A program made the translations under genes and the position numbers. Below are positions 26,466 to 34,756 of a stretch of 45,284 nucleotides of DNA, in pieces (positions within the stretch are counted from its first letter, which is position 1; each line of letters opens with the position of its first letter). The notes beneath the pieces are model-generated. The model was given only the letters and a program-made list of their open reading frames with translations, made no database searches and had not been told where the DNA came from. This stretch comes from Nitrospirota bacterium (lineage in GTDB: Bacteria > Nitrospirota > Thermodesulfovibrionia > Thermodesulfovibrionales > Dissulfurispiraceae): the NCBI GenBank assembly GCA_037444915.1, contig JBBILM010000008.1:1-45284 (forward strand), given 5' to 3'.

Positions 26466-28267
26466 ATCTCCTGATATAACGGCATCTTAAATGTAATCAT
26501 GGTACCATTCTCAGGGCTGGAATATATTTCGAGCTTTCCATTCAAAAGAGCAGCCCTTTCCTGCATACCATAAACACCGAGCCCCCTGTTATCCTCCGCG
26601 TATTTTAATAGAGATGCGATATCAAATCCAAGCCCATCGTCTTCTATGCTGCCATAAACGAAATCCTCATCATTTTTTAAAACAATAACTACATTTTCCG
26701 CCTTAGAATGCTTGGCAATATTTATCGTTGACTCCTGTACTATCCTGAAAAGGGTAATCTCAATCTCTGCAGTAAAAACATTAGGCGATAATTTGTCCAT
26801 ATTAAGGAAATAAGCGATATTATTATCTTTAAGATTTCTGTCAAGAAGCCACAGAATCGATGCGCAAAACCCGAAATCATCAAGAACAGACGGCCTGAGA
26901 TTTTGTACTATTTTTGACACTTCATGAATAATTCTGACTACGACATTTTTCATATCAACTATCTTTTCATAGGAGAATTTCTGCGGGTATAGCCTGCACA
27001 TTTCGATGTTCATAAGCAGGGCTGACAATGACTGAAGGGTTTCATCATGAAGCTCCCGCGCAATTCTTTTTTGTTCCTCTTCCTTAGACGAGATTATTTT
27101 TTTCAGTAATCCTTCTATCCTCTGTTGATTCATTTCCAGTTGAACTGTACGCTCATAGACCCGCTGTTCAAGCTCGGTGCTGTAACTTCTTATCTTTTCC
27201 AGGGATGTCGCCAGATTCTTTCTCATGTCATCAAAACTTCTGCCCAATGACAGTATTTCATCGCTTCCAAGATCTTCAACAGGCTTGGAAAGATCTCCGC
27301 CTGCTATTCTCTGTGAAGCTTTAATCAGAGCCTTTACCGGTTTTACCATGCTTCTGCTTATTCCAATCGCGAAAACTGCTGAAGTTAAAATAAAAATAAC
27401 CGCAAGCAGCAAAAACTTTAACATCAGATGCTGTGCAGGAGCAAAAACATCCGCTTCTGGCTGTCCTACAACCACACCCCATGTCGCAATTTTAACAGGC
27501 GCAAATGCCAGCATATCTGCTCTCTTAATGTCGTATTCCGTTTTTATAAACCCTTGCTCGCTTCTTTTTATTCCGGACTTGCCCTCTTTTATCATGGCAG
27601 CGAGATCACCGCCGTGATCATGATGCTTTAATACCCTGGATTGATCATCCGAAGCCACGACTATTTCGTTAAAGTCTATAATTTCTATGTAACTGTTTTT
27701 TTCTATCTTCAGATTTTGCAGGAGTTGATTTATGGCAGGATTCGTAGGGTTGATTACCCCTCCTATAAGTCCGACTATATTGCCGCCTTTATCCCTCATG
27801 GGAACCATGGCAAATATAACCTGTTTATTAAGCGGCTCTATGGTATATATATTTGAGATAAAAGGCTTTCCCTCAGAAAACGCCTGATTCGCAAATTTAA
27901 CATATGAGTGATTTCCGAAGGGGTCATTATGAGGCGGGTACGAAAGAAGCTTATTCCCCTGCTTATCGAACAGGAACACGCCATCAGAAAAAAGAGAATA
28001 TATGTAAGCGGACTCAATGGCCTTTTTTTCAGGCTCCCAGTTATTATCTTTTAAATCTATTCTCCCGGAAAGAGAAATGTCATACAACCTGCTGAGATTA
28101 TTCTGAAGCAGTATTTCTATATAATTAGCTATTAACTCGGCCAATGTTACCCTGTTATTTAATGCCCTTTTTATGCTTTCGTTAACAGATAAATAACTTA
28201 TTACACCGAGACTCGTCGATATAAACATGATACTGATAATTATGGAAACAATTATCTTTTTCTGCAT
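26462..28267 (-). CDS. Sensor histidine kinase: TM, periplasmic Cache-like domain, TM, HAMP, HisKA_3, HATPase
   Basis: ELHDETLQSL is a HisKA_3 H-box. The C-terminus has DDGLGF and GLGVYGMQER. About 260 aa lie between the two TM helices. ATGA overlap with the response-regulator gene. Confidence 0.85.
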   Translation of the reverse strand: MQKKIIVSIIISIMFISTSLGVISYLSVNESIKRALNNRVTLAELIANYIEILLQNNLSRLYDISLSGRIDLKDNNWEPEKKAIESAYIYSLFSDGVFLFDKQGNKLLSYPPHNDPFGNHSYVKFANQAFSEGKPFISNIYTIEPLNKQVIFAMVPMRDKGGNIVGLIGGVINPTNPAINQLLQNLKIEKNSYIEIIDFNEIVVASDDQSRVLKHHDHGGDLAAMIKEGKSGIKRSEQGFIKTEYDIKRADMLAFAPVKIATWGVVVGQPEADVFAPAQHLMLKFLLLAVIFILTSAVFAIGISRSMVKPVKALIKASQRIAGGDLSKPVEDLGSDEILSLGRSFDDMRKNLATSLEKIRSYSTELEQRVYERTVQLEMNQQRIEGLLKKIISSKEEEQKRIARELHDETLQSLSALLMNIEMCRLYPQKFSYEKIVDMKNVVVRIIHEVSKIVQNLRPSVLDDFGFCASILWLLDRNLKDNNIAYFLNMDKLSPNVFTAEIEITLFRIVQESTINIAKHSKAENVVIVLKNDEDFVYGSIEDDGLGFDIASLLKYAEDNRGLGVYGMQERAALLNGKLEIYSSPENGTMITFKMPLYQEI

Positions 28268-28394
28268 ATCGCCACTTCTTGTATAACTTTACTCCAAAGA
28301 CGCCACCCTGTCAAGCCGTCATCCCGGGTTTCATTTTTCCATCCTGTAAGTTCAGCGAAATGGGTTATGTGATAATCAACATACATACGCATAT

Positions 28395-28435
28395 TAATTA
28401 CAGATTTCCTGCGGTTTTAACGCAGGAAATCTGTA
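28395..28435 (-). terminator. Perfect 17-bp hairpin 42 nt downstream of the cytochrome operon, separating it from the kinase gene
   Basis: attacagatttcctgcg-gttttaa-cgcaggaaatctgtaat. The flanks are A/T-rich on both strands, so it could act bidirectionally. Confidence 0.55.
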
Positions 28436-28476
28436 ATGTTTTAATTTACACCCACCCATCCGTATTTCATTACAAA

Positions 28477-29121
28477 TCATTCCACAGCTCGGTGACCGTG
28501 ATCATCCTCCATTTCTTCATACCCTGTAAACATAGCCTTTATGTGGGCAAATGCAGTATGCCCAAGGGTCGCAAGATATATATGGATAAAAAGGAATGAT
28601 GTGAAAAAGAAGAAAAGAAGCACATGGATTGAATTCATCAGCCTTAATCCACCCGCAAGATTAATTTCATCTTCAAACAGTTTTATGTCCCATATTAGAA
28701 GACCGGTTATAAGCTGAATCGGTATCAGCAATATCATAATAGCAAGATACGCTGTTTTCTGCAATGGGTTAAATTTGTTGTCAGAAGTTGGATGATGCGG
28801 ATTATCAGCCCCCATGAAGATACCATGGCCGTAATACTTTGCCTGCCTTATACTGCCCTCAATGAGTTTCCTTGGATTAAATTCAGGCAGATACAGTCTG
28901 ATTTTGCCTGTAGTGATGTAATACAATAGCCATATGAAGTAGTTGCCGATCAGCACAAATCCGAAATAGTTATGTATATTCACCGCATTTTCAAAAGATG
29001 TGAGGTAAATAATGTCTCTGTACCTTATCTGCGCACCTGTAATTATGAGAACAAGAAAGCTTATCGCATTTATCCAGTGCCATAGACGCACCGGCTTTGG
29101 ATGAAGATATATTTTTTTCAT
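28477..29121 (-). CDS. Membrane dihaem b-type cytochrome (PhsC/HydC/FdnI-like, Ni_hydr_CYTB type)
   Basis: Four TM helices with conserved His residues (RLWHWINA, NIHNY, SIHVLL, IHIYL). The start overlaps the stop of the 13-haem gene (ATGA). Confidence 0.8.
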   Translation of the reverse strand: MKKIYLHPKPVRLWHWINAISFLVLIITGAQIRYRDIIYLTSFENAVNIHNYFGFVLIGNYFIWLLYYITTGKIRLYLPEFNPRKLIEGSIRQAKYYGHGIFMGADNPHHPTSDNKFNPLQKTAYLAIMILLIPIQLITGLLIWDIKLFEDEINLAGGLRLMNSIHVLLFFFFTSFLFIHIYLATLGHTAFAHIKAMFTGYEEMEDDHGHRAVE

Positions 29122-30932
29122 CTGTGTCCCTCCATTTTTTTCTTTCTTTTAGACGCTGTTAATTTCCTGATCGCCAGATGCGTTGCAGGCAGCGAAACGC
29201 CTCCGAGCACCATTGCCAACCCGATAATATCAAGAAACTTTATTCTTGTGCTGCCCAAGACGTAAAATTGGCTCACAGGAAAAATCGTAAATATAGAGCC
29301 AAGAGCCTCCGGTTTTGCCTTAAAAAGTTCAGGCCTGCCGTCTGCTCTAACAATCGCAACCGAAACATTAGTAAAATAATCCGAATTTGCGGAATGGCAT
29401 TCCTCGCATTTTCTAACAGCGTCTTTCTTAAATGAAAGTTGATGAGCCTCTGCCCCTGTGCTTACGTCCATCCTTCCAAGAAATGTCACCTTTGCATCTA
29501 TTCCCTTTGAATTCAGTTTAGTTACAATATCCCATATCTCAGAGCCGTCTATTCCGTCGCCATGGAAGTCAAATTTACTAATAAGCCCCTCACGATCTGT
29601 ACCTAACAGTCTTGCGATTTCCTCTTTCTTGAAAGCCTCGCCAGTGTTTTTATTCACAAGTCGAAGGTAAATCCCTTTTTTTGCATTAAAGGAATGACAG
29701 GCCGCGCATGCTATATTTTCCAGATGAAGCGCAGAATTTGGAAGCCATTTCCTATGGGCATCTTCTGCATCGGTATGGCAGTCTAAACATGCAGTCTTAA
29801 TCTTGTCTGTCAATGCCGTGACCTCAATATCATGAGCCCTATGGCACGAGGAACACATCGGCGCGTTATGGTGCTTGCTTGTCTTAGCCATGCCGTGAAC
29901 GCTCCTTGAATAGATGTTAAAAATATCGGTATGGCATTTCTTGCACGGGACACCTGCAAGAGTTGCATACCTTTCAGCAGAAGATACAGTGTGAAATTCG
30001 TGACAATCCGCACAAACCGGAGCATTTACATTACCCTCTTTTAAAAGCGAAAAATGGATACTTCCCTGAACCTGTCTGAACTTATCGTCATGGCATCTTC
30101 TGCAATTATTGGATAAGGCTATGGAATGTTCACGCTGGTTCTTAAACTCCCTTACAGGATGCATGGATTTTGAGAATTCGACATGACAGTCAGTGCATGC
30201 GTGATTTGCATGAACTGAACTCTTTAGGTCCGCCTCTTTAATATGCAGAGACATTTCATGGCCTTTCAATGAACTTTTAAGATTATTTTCGTGACAGGAG
30301 AGACAATATTGATTAATGCTTGAATACTGCTTCCACTCGGACGTTCTCTTTATGGCATGAGAACCATGACATCCCGCACATGGAGGCGCCTTTGCCTGCG
30401 TTATAGCGTGATAATGCATCTGTTTTGTCTTTAGTTTGTCAGGAGGATGACAGGCATTGCATATTCGCGAAGCATTCGCACGGAAATCTTCCCTACTGCT
30501 AAACTCCCGGCCAGGATGTTTGGACATCATATTTGGGTGGCAGTCATTGCACTCCAGAAAACCATGTACAGACCCCTTAAAATCAGATGCCTTAACAAAA
30601 ACCGAAATTTCCTCGTTATTCCTGAATTTTTTTGTTAGGCCGCGCTCAGAATGGCAGCCGATACACATTTGCGAGTCGCCTGAAAAATTTATACTGTCGG
30701 TCTTTGCGAGCACCAGCACCGGCGCCACAAAAACAAAAAAAAGCATAAACACTATGGGAAGCGCCAGAATGTAAAGCAGCCCTATTACAGGCCCGAGGAT
30801 CAAACCCGCGGCAGGATTGTGTTCCATGTGTTTAATCAGCTTATTTTCAACAAATATATTCTTTCTTAGCGTCTCCGAAATTACCGATCGGCATTTCTTC
30901 CCTGCTTTGTTCAAAATAGCACCTCTAAACAT
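29118..30932 (-). CDS. 13-haem c-type cytochrome with an N-terminal hydrophobic anchor/motif and a C-terminal TM helix
   Basis: 13 CXXCH motifs: CIGCH, CNDCH, CNACH, CAGCH, CLSCH, CTDCH, CRRCH, CADCH, CKKCH, CSSCH, CLDCH, CAACH and CEECH. AAGGAGGAG lies 5 nt before the ATG. Confidence 0.9.
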   Translation of the reverse strand: MFRGAILNKAGKKCRSVISETLRKNIFVENKLIKHMEHNPAAGLILGPVIGLLYILALPIVFMLFFVFVAPVLVLAKTDSINFSGDSQMCIGCHSERGLTKKFRNNEEISVFVKASDFKGSVHGFLECNDCHPNMMSKHPGREFSSREDFRANASRICNACHPPDKLKTKQMHYHAITQAKAPPCAGCHGSHAIKRTSEWKQYSSINQYCLSCHENNLKSSLKGHEMSLHIKEADLKSSVHANHACTDCHVEFSKSMHPVREFKNQREHSIALSNNCRRCHDDKFRQVQGSIHFSLLKEGNVNAPVCADCHEFHTVSSAERYATLAGVPCKKCHTDIFNIYSRSVHGMAKTSKHHNAPMCSSCHRAHDIEVTALTDKIKTACLDCHTDAEDAHRKWLPNSALHLENIACAACHSFNAKKGIYLRLVNKNTGEAFKKEEIARLLGTDREGLISKFDFHGDGIDGSEIWDIVTKLNSKGIDAKVTFLGRMDVSTGAEAHQLSFKKDAVRKCEECHSANSDYFTNVSVAIVRADGRPELFKAKPEALGSIFTIFPVSQFYVLGSTRIKFLDIIGLAMVLGGVSLPATHLAIRKLTASKRKKKMEGHR

Positions 30933-31249
30933 ATTTCTCCTCCTTTAATTTTAAGTCTTCAACACTTTCTACAAAGGCATCATCGTATCACCCCCTGCAA
31001 TAGAAAATAAATAACGATGGCATACGCAGATAAAAGACCTTATTACCGGCATCTGTTCAAAACCACTTGCACAATTTTAACAACTCAACAGACCGAGATT
31101 CATAAGGCTTGCGCCGCATATGCCATCATGCAACGGCTTTTCCGGATTAACCCAAATAATGCATTTAACCCTTCTAATGTATTTATACTTGCCATATAAC
31201 ACATCAATTGCATTTTTCGGTTTAATTGTTCTCCTTTTTTAAAGCGTTA

Positions 31250-32002
31250 TTAAGGATCCTGCTCGGTTTCTCCGACACCAGCCGGACTGGATTCAGAATT
31301 TTCAATTAGCGAGTCCCCGTGCGTTACGCCAAATAGTCTTTCGTATTCCAGAGGATGCTCATGAATCATCCGCGCCTTGGATATTTTTCCTGTAAAAATA
31401 ACCGTGTCCAATGGAAAAACATCCGGACTAAATATAGCGTTGTAAACATGCCAGACAATAATTACAAGAAACGCAAGCAGGGCCTCGTTCGTATGCAAGG
31501 CCTTGGCAGCAGGGATAAATTCGCCTGGCAGAATCCTTGTAACCTGTGCAGGAAACCAGAGCATAAATCCCGTAAAAATCATCAGCAAGCCTCCTACTAC
31601 AACCCCCCAATACTCAAACTTCTGCTTGTAATCAAATCTGTCGCATCTTGCAGGATGCTCTGACATCCCAAGATAGTATTTCAGATTATCAATGACATCG
31701 GTAAAATCTTTCTTGTGGATGACCATCGAAGGCTGCCACTTAAAAAAGAGTACGCCAAAAGAGGCAACTAAGATATGCTGAAACGTAAGTAAAGTAAACA
31801 ATATTCCGGTATACCTGTGTATAAGCCTTGCAGCATCGATTCCCCCAAGATTCATTATTATCCATTGAGAAAGCTCATAATCGTGAAACCTCTGGGATAA
31901 TCCTGTAACAGTTAACAGCAAAAAAGCTATTGCATTAGCCCAGTGCTCTTTTATTCTTAAGGGATGAAGCCTTTTGATATATTCATTATCCTGTTTTTTC
32001 AT
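31250..32002 (-). CDS. Membrane dihaem b-type cytochrome, formate-dehydrogenase gamma (FdnI)-like
   Basis: KEHWANAIAFLLL, LIHRYTG, ALHTNEALLAF and VWHVY show His residues in TM helices. ATG at 32002 is preceded by GGGAGGCAAGGAG. The ORF-track extension to 32071 overlaps the upstream gene. Confidence 0.8.
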   Translation of the reverse strand: MKKQDNEYIKRLHPLRIKEHWANAIAFLLLTVTGLSQRFHDYELSQWIIMNLGGIDAARLIHRYTGILFTLLTFQHILVASFGVLFFKWQPSMVIHKKDFTDVIDNLKYYLGMSEHPARCDRFDYKQKFEYWGVVVGGLLMIFTGFMLWFPAQVTRILPGEFIPAAKALHTNEALLAFLVIIVWHVYNAIFSPDVFPLDTVIFTGKISKARMIHEHPLEYERLFGVTHGDSLIENSESSPAGVGETEQDP

Positions 32003-32015
32003 CTCCTTGCCTCCC

Positions 32016-33407
32016 TTATTTATTAACCGCATATCTCCAGATATGCAGCAGAATCTGCAGCAACAGCCCAAAAATCATAAAGGGAATAAATATTTTGTAA
32101 AGCAAATTGATTGCGTAAACCATAGGAGCCTTTTTAAAATTCGGCTCGTAATGAGATATCCAGCTATCAGGAAAATTCGGGGTTGCGTCTGGATGACACT
32201 TCTGGCATCTCCTGAGCAGGTTAGCCTTTATCAGATCCTCGCCATCACCCCTTGCTTTTGTTATATCATGTATTCCGTGGCAGTCTATGCAAACAGCAAT
32301 CGGTTTTAAATTTCCTTGCTGTTTATAAAACTTCAGGGTAACCCCATGAAAATCCTGTAAATACGTATCCACCACCGCTGTCGAAAGACCGTATTTTTTC
32401 ATCAATTCCTTATTTGCGTGGCAGTTTCCGCACATGTTTGGAATTATGCTTCTAAAACCCAATGTCTTCGGATCAACAATGTCATGTGCGCGATGACAGT
32501 CTGAACAGATGGGAGCATCTTCGTTATGTTCTGAAATCAAGGCACCGCCATGAACGCTATTTGCGTAGACCCGATAAATCTCCGCATGGCACTGTCCGCA
32601 TTTTTTTGCGTTGGACAATTTCTCCTTTCTCCCTGATAATATAGAATGAGCGCCATGGCAATCCGTGCATACCGGAACGCTTAAATTCCCCTGTGTCATC
32701 AGATTGAAATGTATGCTATCGAGCGTTTTTGTGTATTTATCAAAATGGCATCGTCGGCAACTGTCAGACATAGCGATGCTGTAATCCCTTTTGCTCTTAA
32801 ATGCCCGCACAGGGTGATCTTCTGCAGAAAAGCCGAAGTGGCAGTCAGTGCAGCTTAGGTTCTTGTGAACCGACTGGTTGAGAATTTTTTCGTCTATTTG
32901 AATATCCTGTTTTTCCCCATTCTTAAATTTCATAACCAACTCGCGGCTGTGACATCCGAGACAATACCTATTGCCTGCTGACATCTCTCTGGCAAACCTC
33001 ACTGAATGCGAGCCGTGACAGTCAGTACAAACGGTTCCGGCAGGGGCATGACTCATTAGTTTTTTATGTATTTGCGTCTTATGTGAAACATGACATTTAG
33101 TGCACATCTTGGCAGAAAATGAGCTGTATTGTTTTCTTGTCTTAAAATTTCTCTTGGGATGTTCTGCAGAGGTAAAACCATGACAATTGACGCAGCCTAC
33201 TACTTTATGCACTGACGACAGAACATCTTCAAGCTTAACTCTGACCGATAATTTCTCTCCGCTTTCGAAAAATATGAATTGCTCCTCATTGTGACAATTC
33301 ATGCACATCTGATCATCTTCCGATAAGGCAGAAACTGTTGCACTGCATATCCGGGGAAATAAAAATGCAAATAACAGTATTGACAGGATGAAATAACGGA
33401 CTATCAT
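32016..33407 (-). CDS. 13-haem c-type cytochrome with a signal peptide and a C-terminal TM anchor (paralogue of 29118-30932)
   Basis: 13 CXXCH motifs: CMNCH, CVNCH, CTKCH, CTDCH, CLGCH, CTDCH, CRRCH, CTDCH, CGQCH, CSDCH, CGNCH, CIDCH and CQKCH. ATG at 33407 has GGAGGGG upstream. Confidence 0.9.
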   Translation of the reverse strand: MIVRYFILSILLFAFLFPRICSATVSALSEDDQMCMNCHNEEQFIFFESGEKLSVRVKLEDVLSSVHKVVGCVNCHGFTSAEHPKRNFKTRKQYSSFSAKMCTKCHVSHKTQIHKKLMSHAPAGTVCTDCHGSHSVRFAREMSAGNRYCLGCHSRELVMKFKNGEKQDIQIDEKILNQSVHKNLSCTDCHFGFSAEDHPVRAFKSKRDYSIAMSDSCRRCHFDKYTKTLDSIHFNLMTQGNLSVPVCTDCHGAHSILSGRKEKLSNAKKCGQCHAEIYRVYANSVHGGALISEHNEDAPICSDCHRAHDIVDPKTLGFRSIIPNMCGNCHANKELMKKYGLSTAVVDTYLQDFHGVTLKFYKQQGNLKPIAVCIDCHGIHDITKARGDGEDLIKANLLRRCQKCHPDATPNFPDSWISHYEPNFKKAPMVYAINLLYKIFIPFMIFGLLLQILLHIWRYAVNK

Positions 33408-33422
33408 AATCCCCTCCAGTTC

Positions 33423-33455
33423 AGAGGGGCTTTGGTACATTGCCAAAGCCCCTCT
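33423..33455 (-). promoter_or_regulatory. GC-rich 13-bp perfect hairpin in the 56-nt gap between the small membrane gene and the cytochrome gene
   Basis: agaggggctttgg-tacattg-ccaaagcccctct. The 3' arm (CCCCUCU) is also complementary to the downstream SD (GGAGGGG). Confidence 0.6.
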
Positions 33456-33463
33456 ATGTGCAT

Positions 33464-33856
33464 TTATTCCTGTTTTGGTGTTTCTTTATTATCATGATTT
33501 GCCTTTTCCTCTTTTCTCTTGCCTTTGTCATTTTTTTTGCCTGAAAGATATGCTTCAGCAGGCCTCCATCCAAATGTCGCGATCTTTGACAGTCTGCTGA
33601 TTGACCCTCCCAGCACCTTAGTAAATACCACATTCAATAGAGCAAAAACACCGATAAACGGCAGAAAAACCGCATATACAAGACCCAGTATAGGCGACGC
33701 AAGAAGAATGACAAGAGGATGAGTTTTGAAGTATGTTACTGAGCTGCCCCCCGGAAGAATGCCGTCCTTTTCAAGAATTATACGCTCTCCTGTTGAAAAG
33801 TTCCAGTAGTTTCCCGCCTTAACGCTTTGGCCTCCTATTTTCTTTAATCCTAACAT
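33464..33856 (-). CDS. Small membrane protein, first gene of the cytochrome cluster: soluble N-terminus, about 35-aa hydrophobic segment, Lys-rich tail
   Basis: AGGAGG lies 7 nt before the ATG. The hydrophobic motif SPILGLVYAVFLPFIGVFALL resembles GPVIGLLYILALPIVFMLFFV at the N-terminus of the 604-aa cytochrome. Confidence 0.6.
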   Translation of the reverse strand: MLGLKKIGGQSVKAGNYWNFSTGERIILEKDGILPGGSSVTYFKTHPLVILLASPILGLVYAVFLPFIGVFALLNVVFTKVLGGSISRLSKIATFGWRPAEAYLSGKKNDKGKRKEEKANHDNKETPKQE

Positions 33857-34196
33857 TTCACACCTCCTAAATTTTTTTTGTTGTTCTTGATGCCTATCTT
33901 ATTTCCCCTCTTGCTGTTTAAACCATTATCCTTACCACCCCCTTTTTTCCTATCTTCTTGATTACAGAATAACAGAAAAAAAAGATGGATGTAATTGGAA
34001 GAAATTCCTATTTGAAAGGTAATTTTATCTTATATTTGTCAGACAAAATACAAAAAATCGGCAAAAAAACCGATTATTATTCAGTACATATTAACTCAAA
34101 ACCTGTGTTAAGCCATGAATTATAAGGGTTGCAGCCGGTGGAAGTCTAAAAAAACGGGGAAATGTCCAATATTAAACGTTAATTCAATTGTCCGGG

Positions 34197-34736
34197 TTAA
34201 TTGTCCGGAACAATGCTGATAGCCATTCTAATCAAATCGCGCTGTGAAGCAGTTGTGACGATTGTCAGCAAAAAATCTCCTTCTTTCCACAACAGCTCAT
34301 TACAGGAAAGATTGTTCTCGCACAAGGCAGTATGAAGCACTGCCTCCCTGTCCTTAATCAAAACCCTGCTTTCTTTGATCAATTTCTTAATTTTCAGATT
34401 AGAGTCAGGCGGGCTATAATTGGAGCGCGCATCAACCTGTCTGATAGCAAGGCCAATCTCTTTGGAGTCCGAGCATCTGAAGTGCATGATTATCATTGCG
34501 AATGGTTTTTTTTGTGCGAATATTTCTGTAGGAGGCCAGCTGAAATTTTGAGGGAAATAGGAAGGAATATATATATCCCTGATATTCAGCCTTGATTTGA
34601 CCGATTCAATATTGCCGTATTTTCTCAATGCCTCCTTTTGAATAACCATTGGAAGCCAGTTAACAAATTTCAGCGCTATAACAAGCACCGCAACAGTCAA
34701 CGCAAAAGAAAAAAATCCAAGCAACTTCTTATTCAT
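34197..34736 (-). CDS. Membrane-anchored hypothetical protein, co-transcribed with the M56-like peptidase
   Basis: N-terminal TM helix and a 20-nt gap to the upstream gene. A DUF4367-like call (IYIPSYFPQNFSW) is only a weak impression. Confidence 0.45.
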   Translation of the reverse strand: MNKKLLGFFSFALTVAVLVIALKFVNWLPMVIQKEALRKYGNIESVKSRLNIRDIYIPSYFPQNFSWPPTEIFAQKKPFAMIIMHFRCSDSKEIGLAIRQVDARSNYSPPDSNLKIKKLIKESRVLIKDREAVLHTALCENNLSCNELLWKEGDFLLTIVTTASQRDLIRMAISIVPDN

Positions 34737-34756
34737 GAGTCTTCACCCCGCGTCAG

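Noticed and set aside
29400-29600. EF-hand or dockerin-like calcium loop (FDFHGDGIDGSEI) in the insertion unique to the 604-aa cytochrome
   Set aside because: The spacing is one residue short of the canonical DxDxDGxIxxxE loop, and position 3 is His. This is too weak to call.
29118-33407. Cytochrome cluster as NrfAH, HAO/octahaem, DsrJ or an MtrCAB-type porin-cytochrome conduit
   Set aside because: There is no CXXCK haem and no NapC/NirT-type tetrahaem partner. No beta-barrel porin or dsr gene is adjacent. The haem count and the b-type partners fit none of these.
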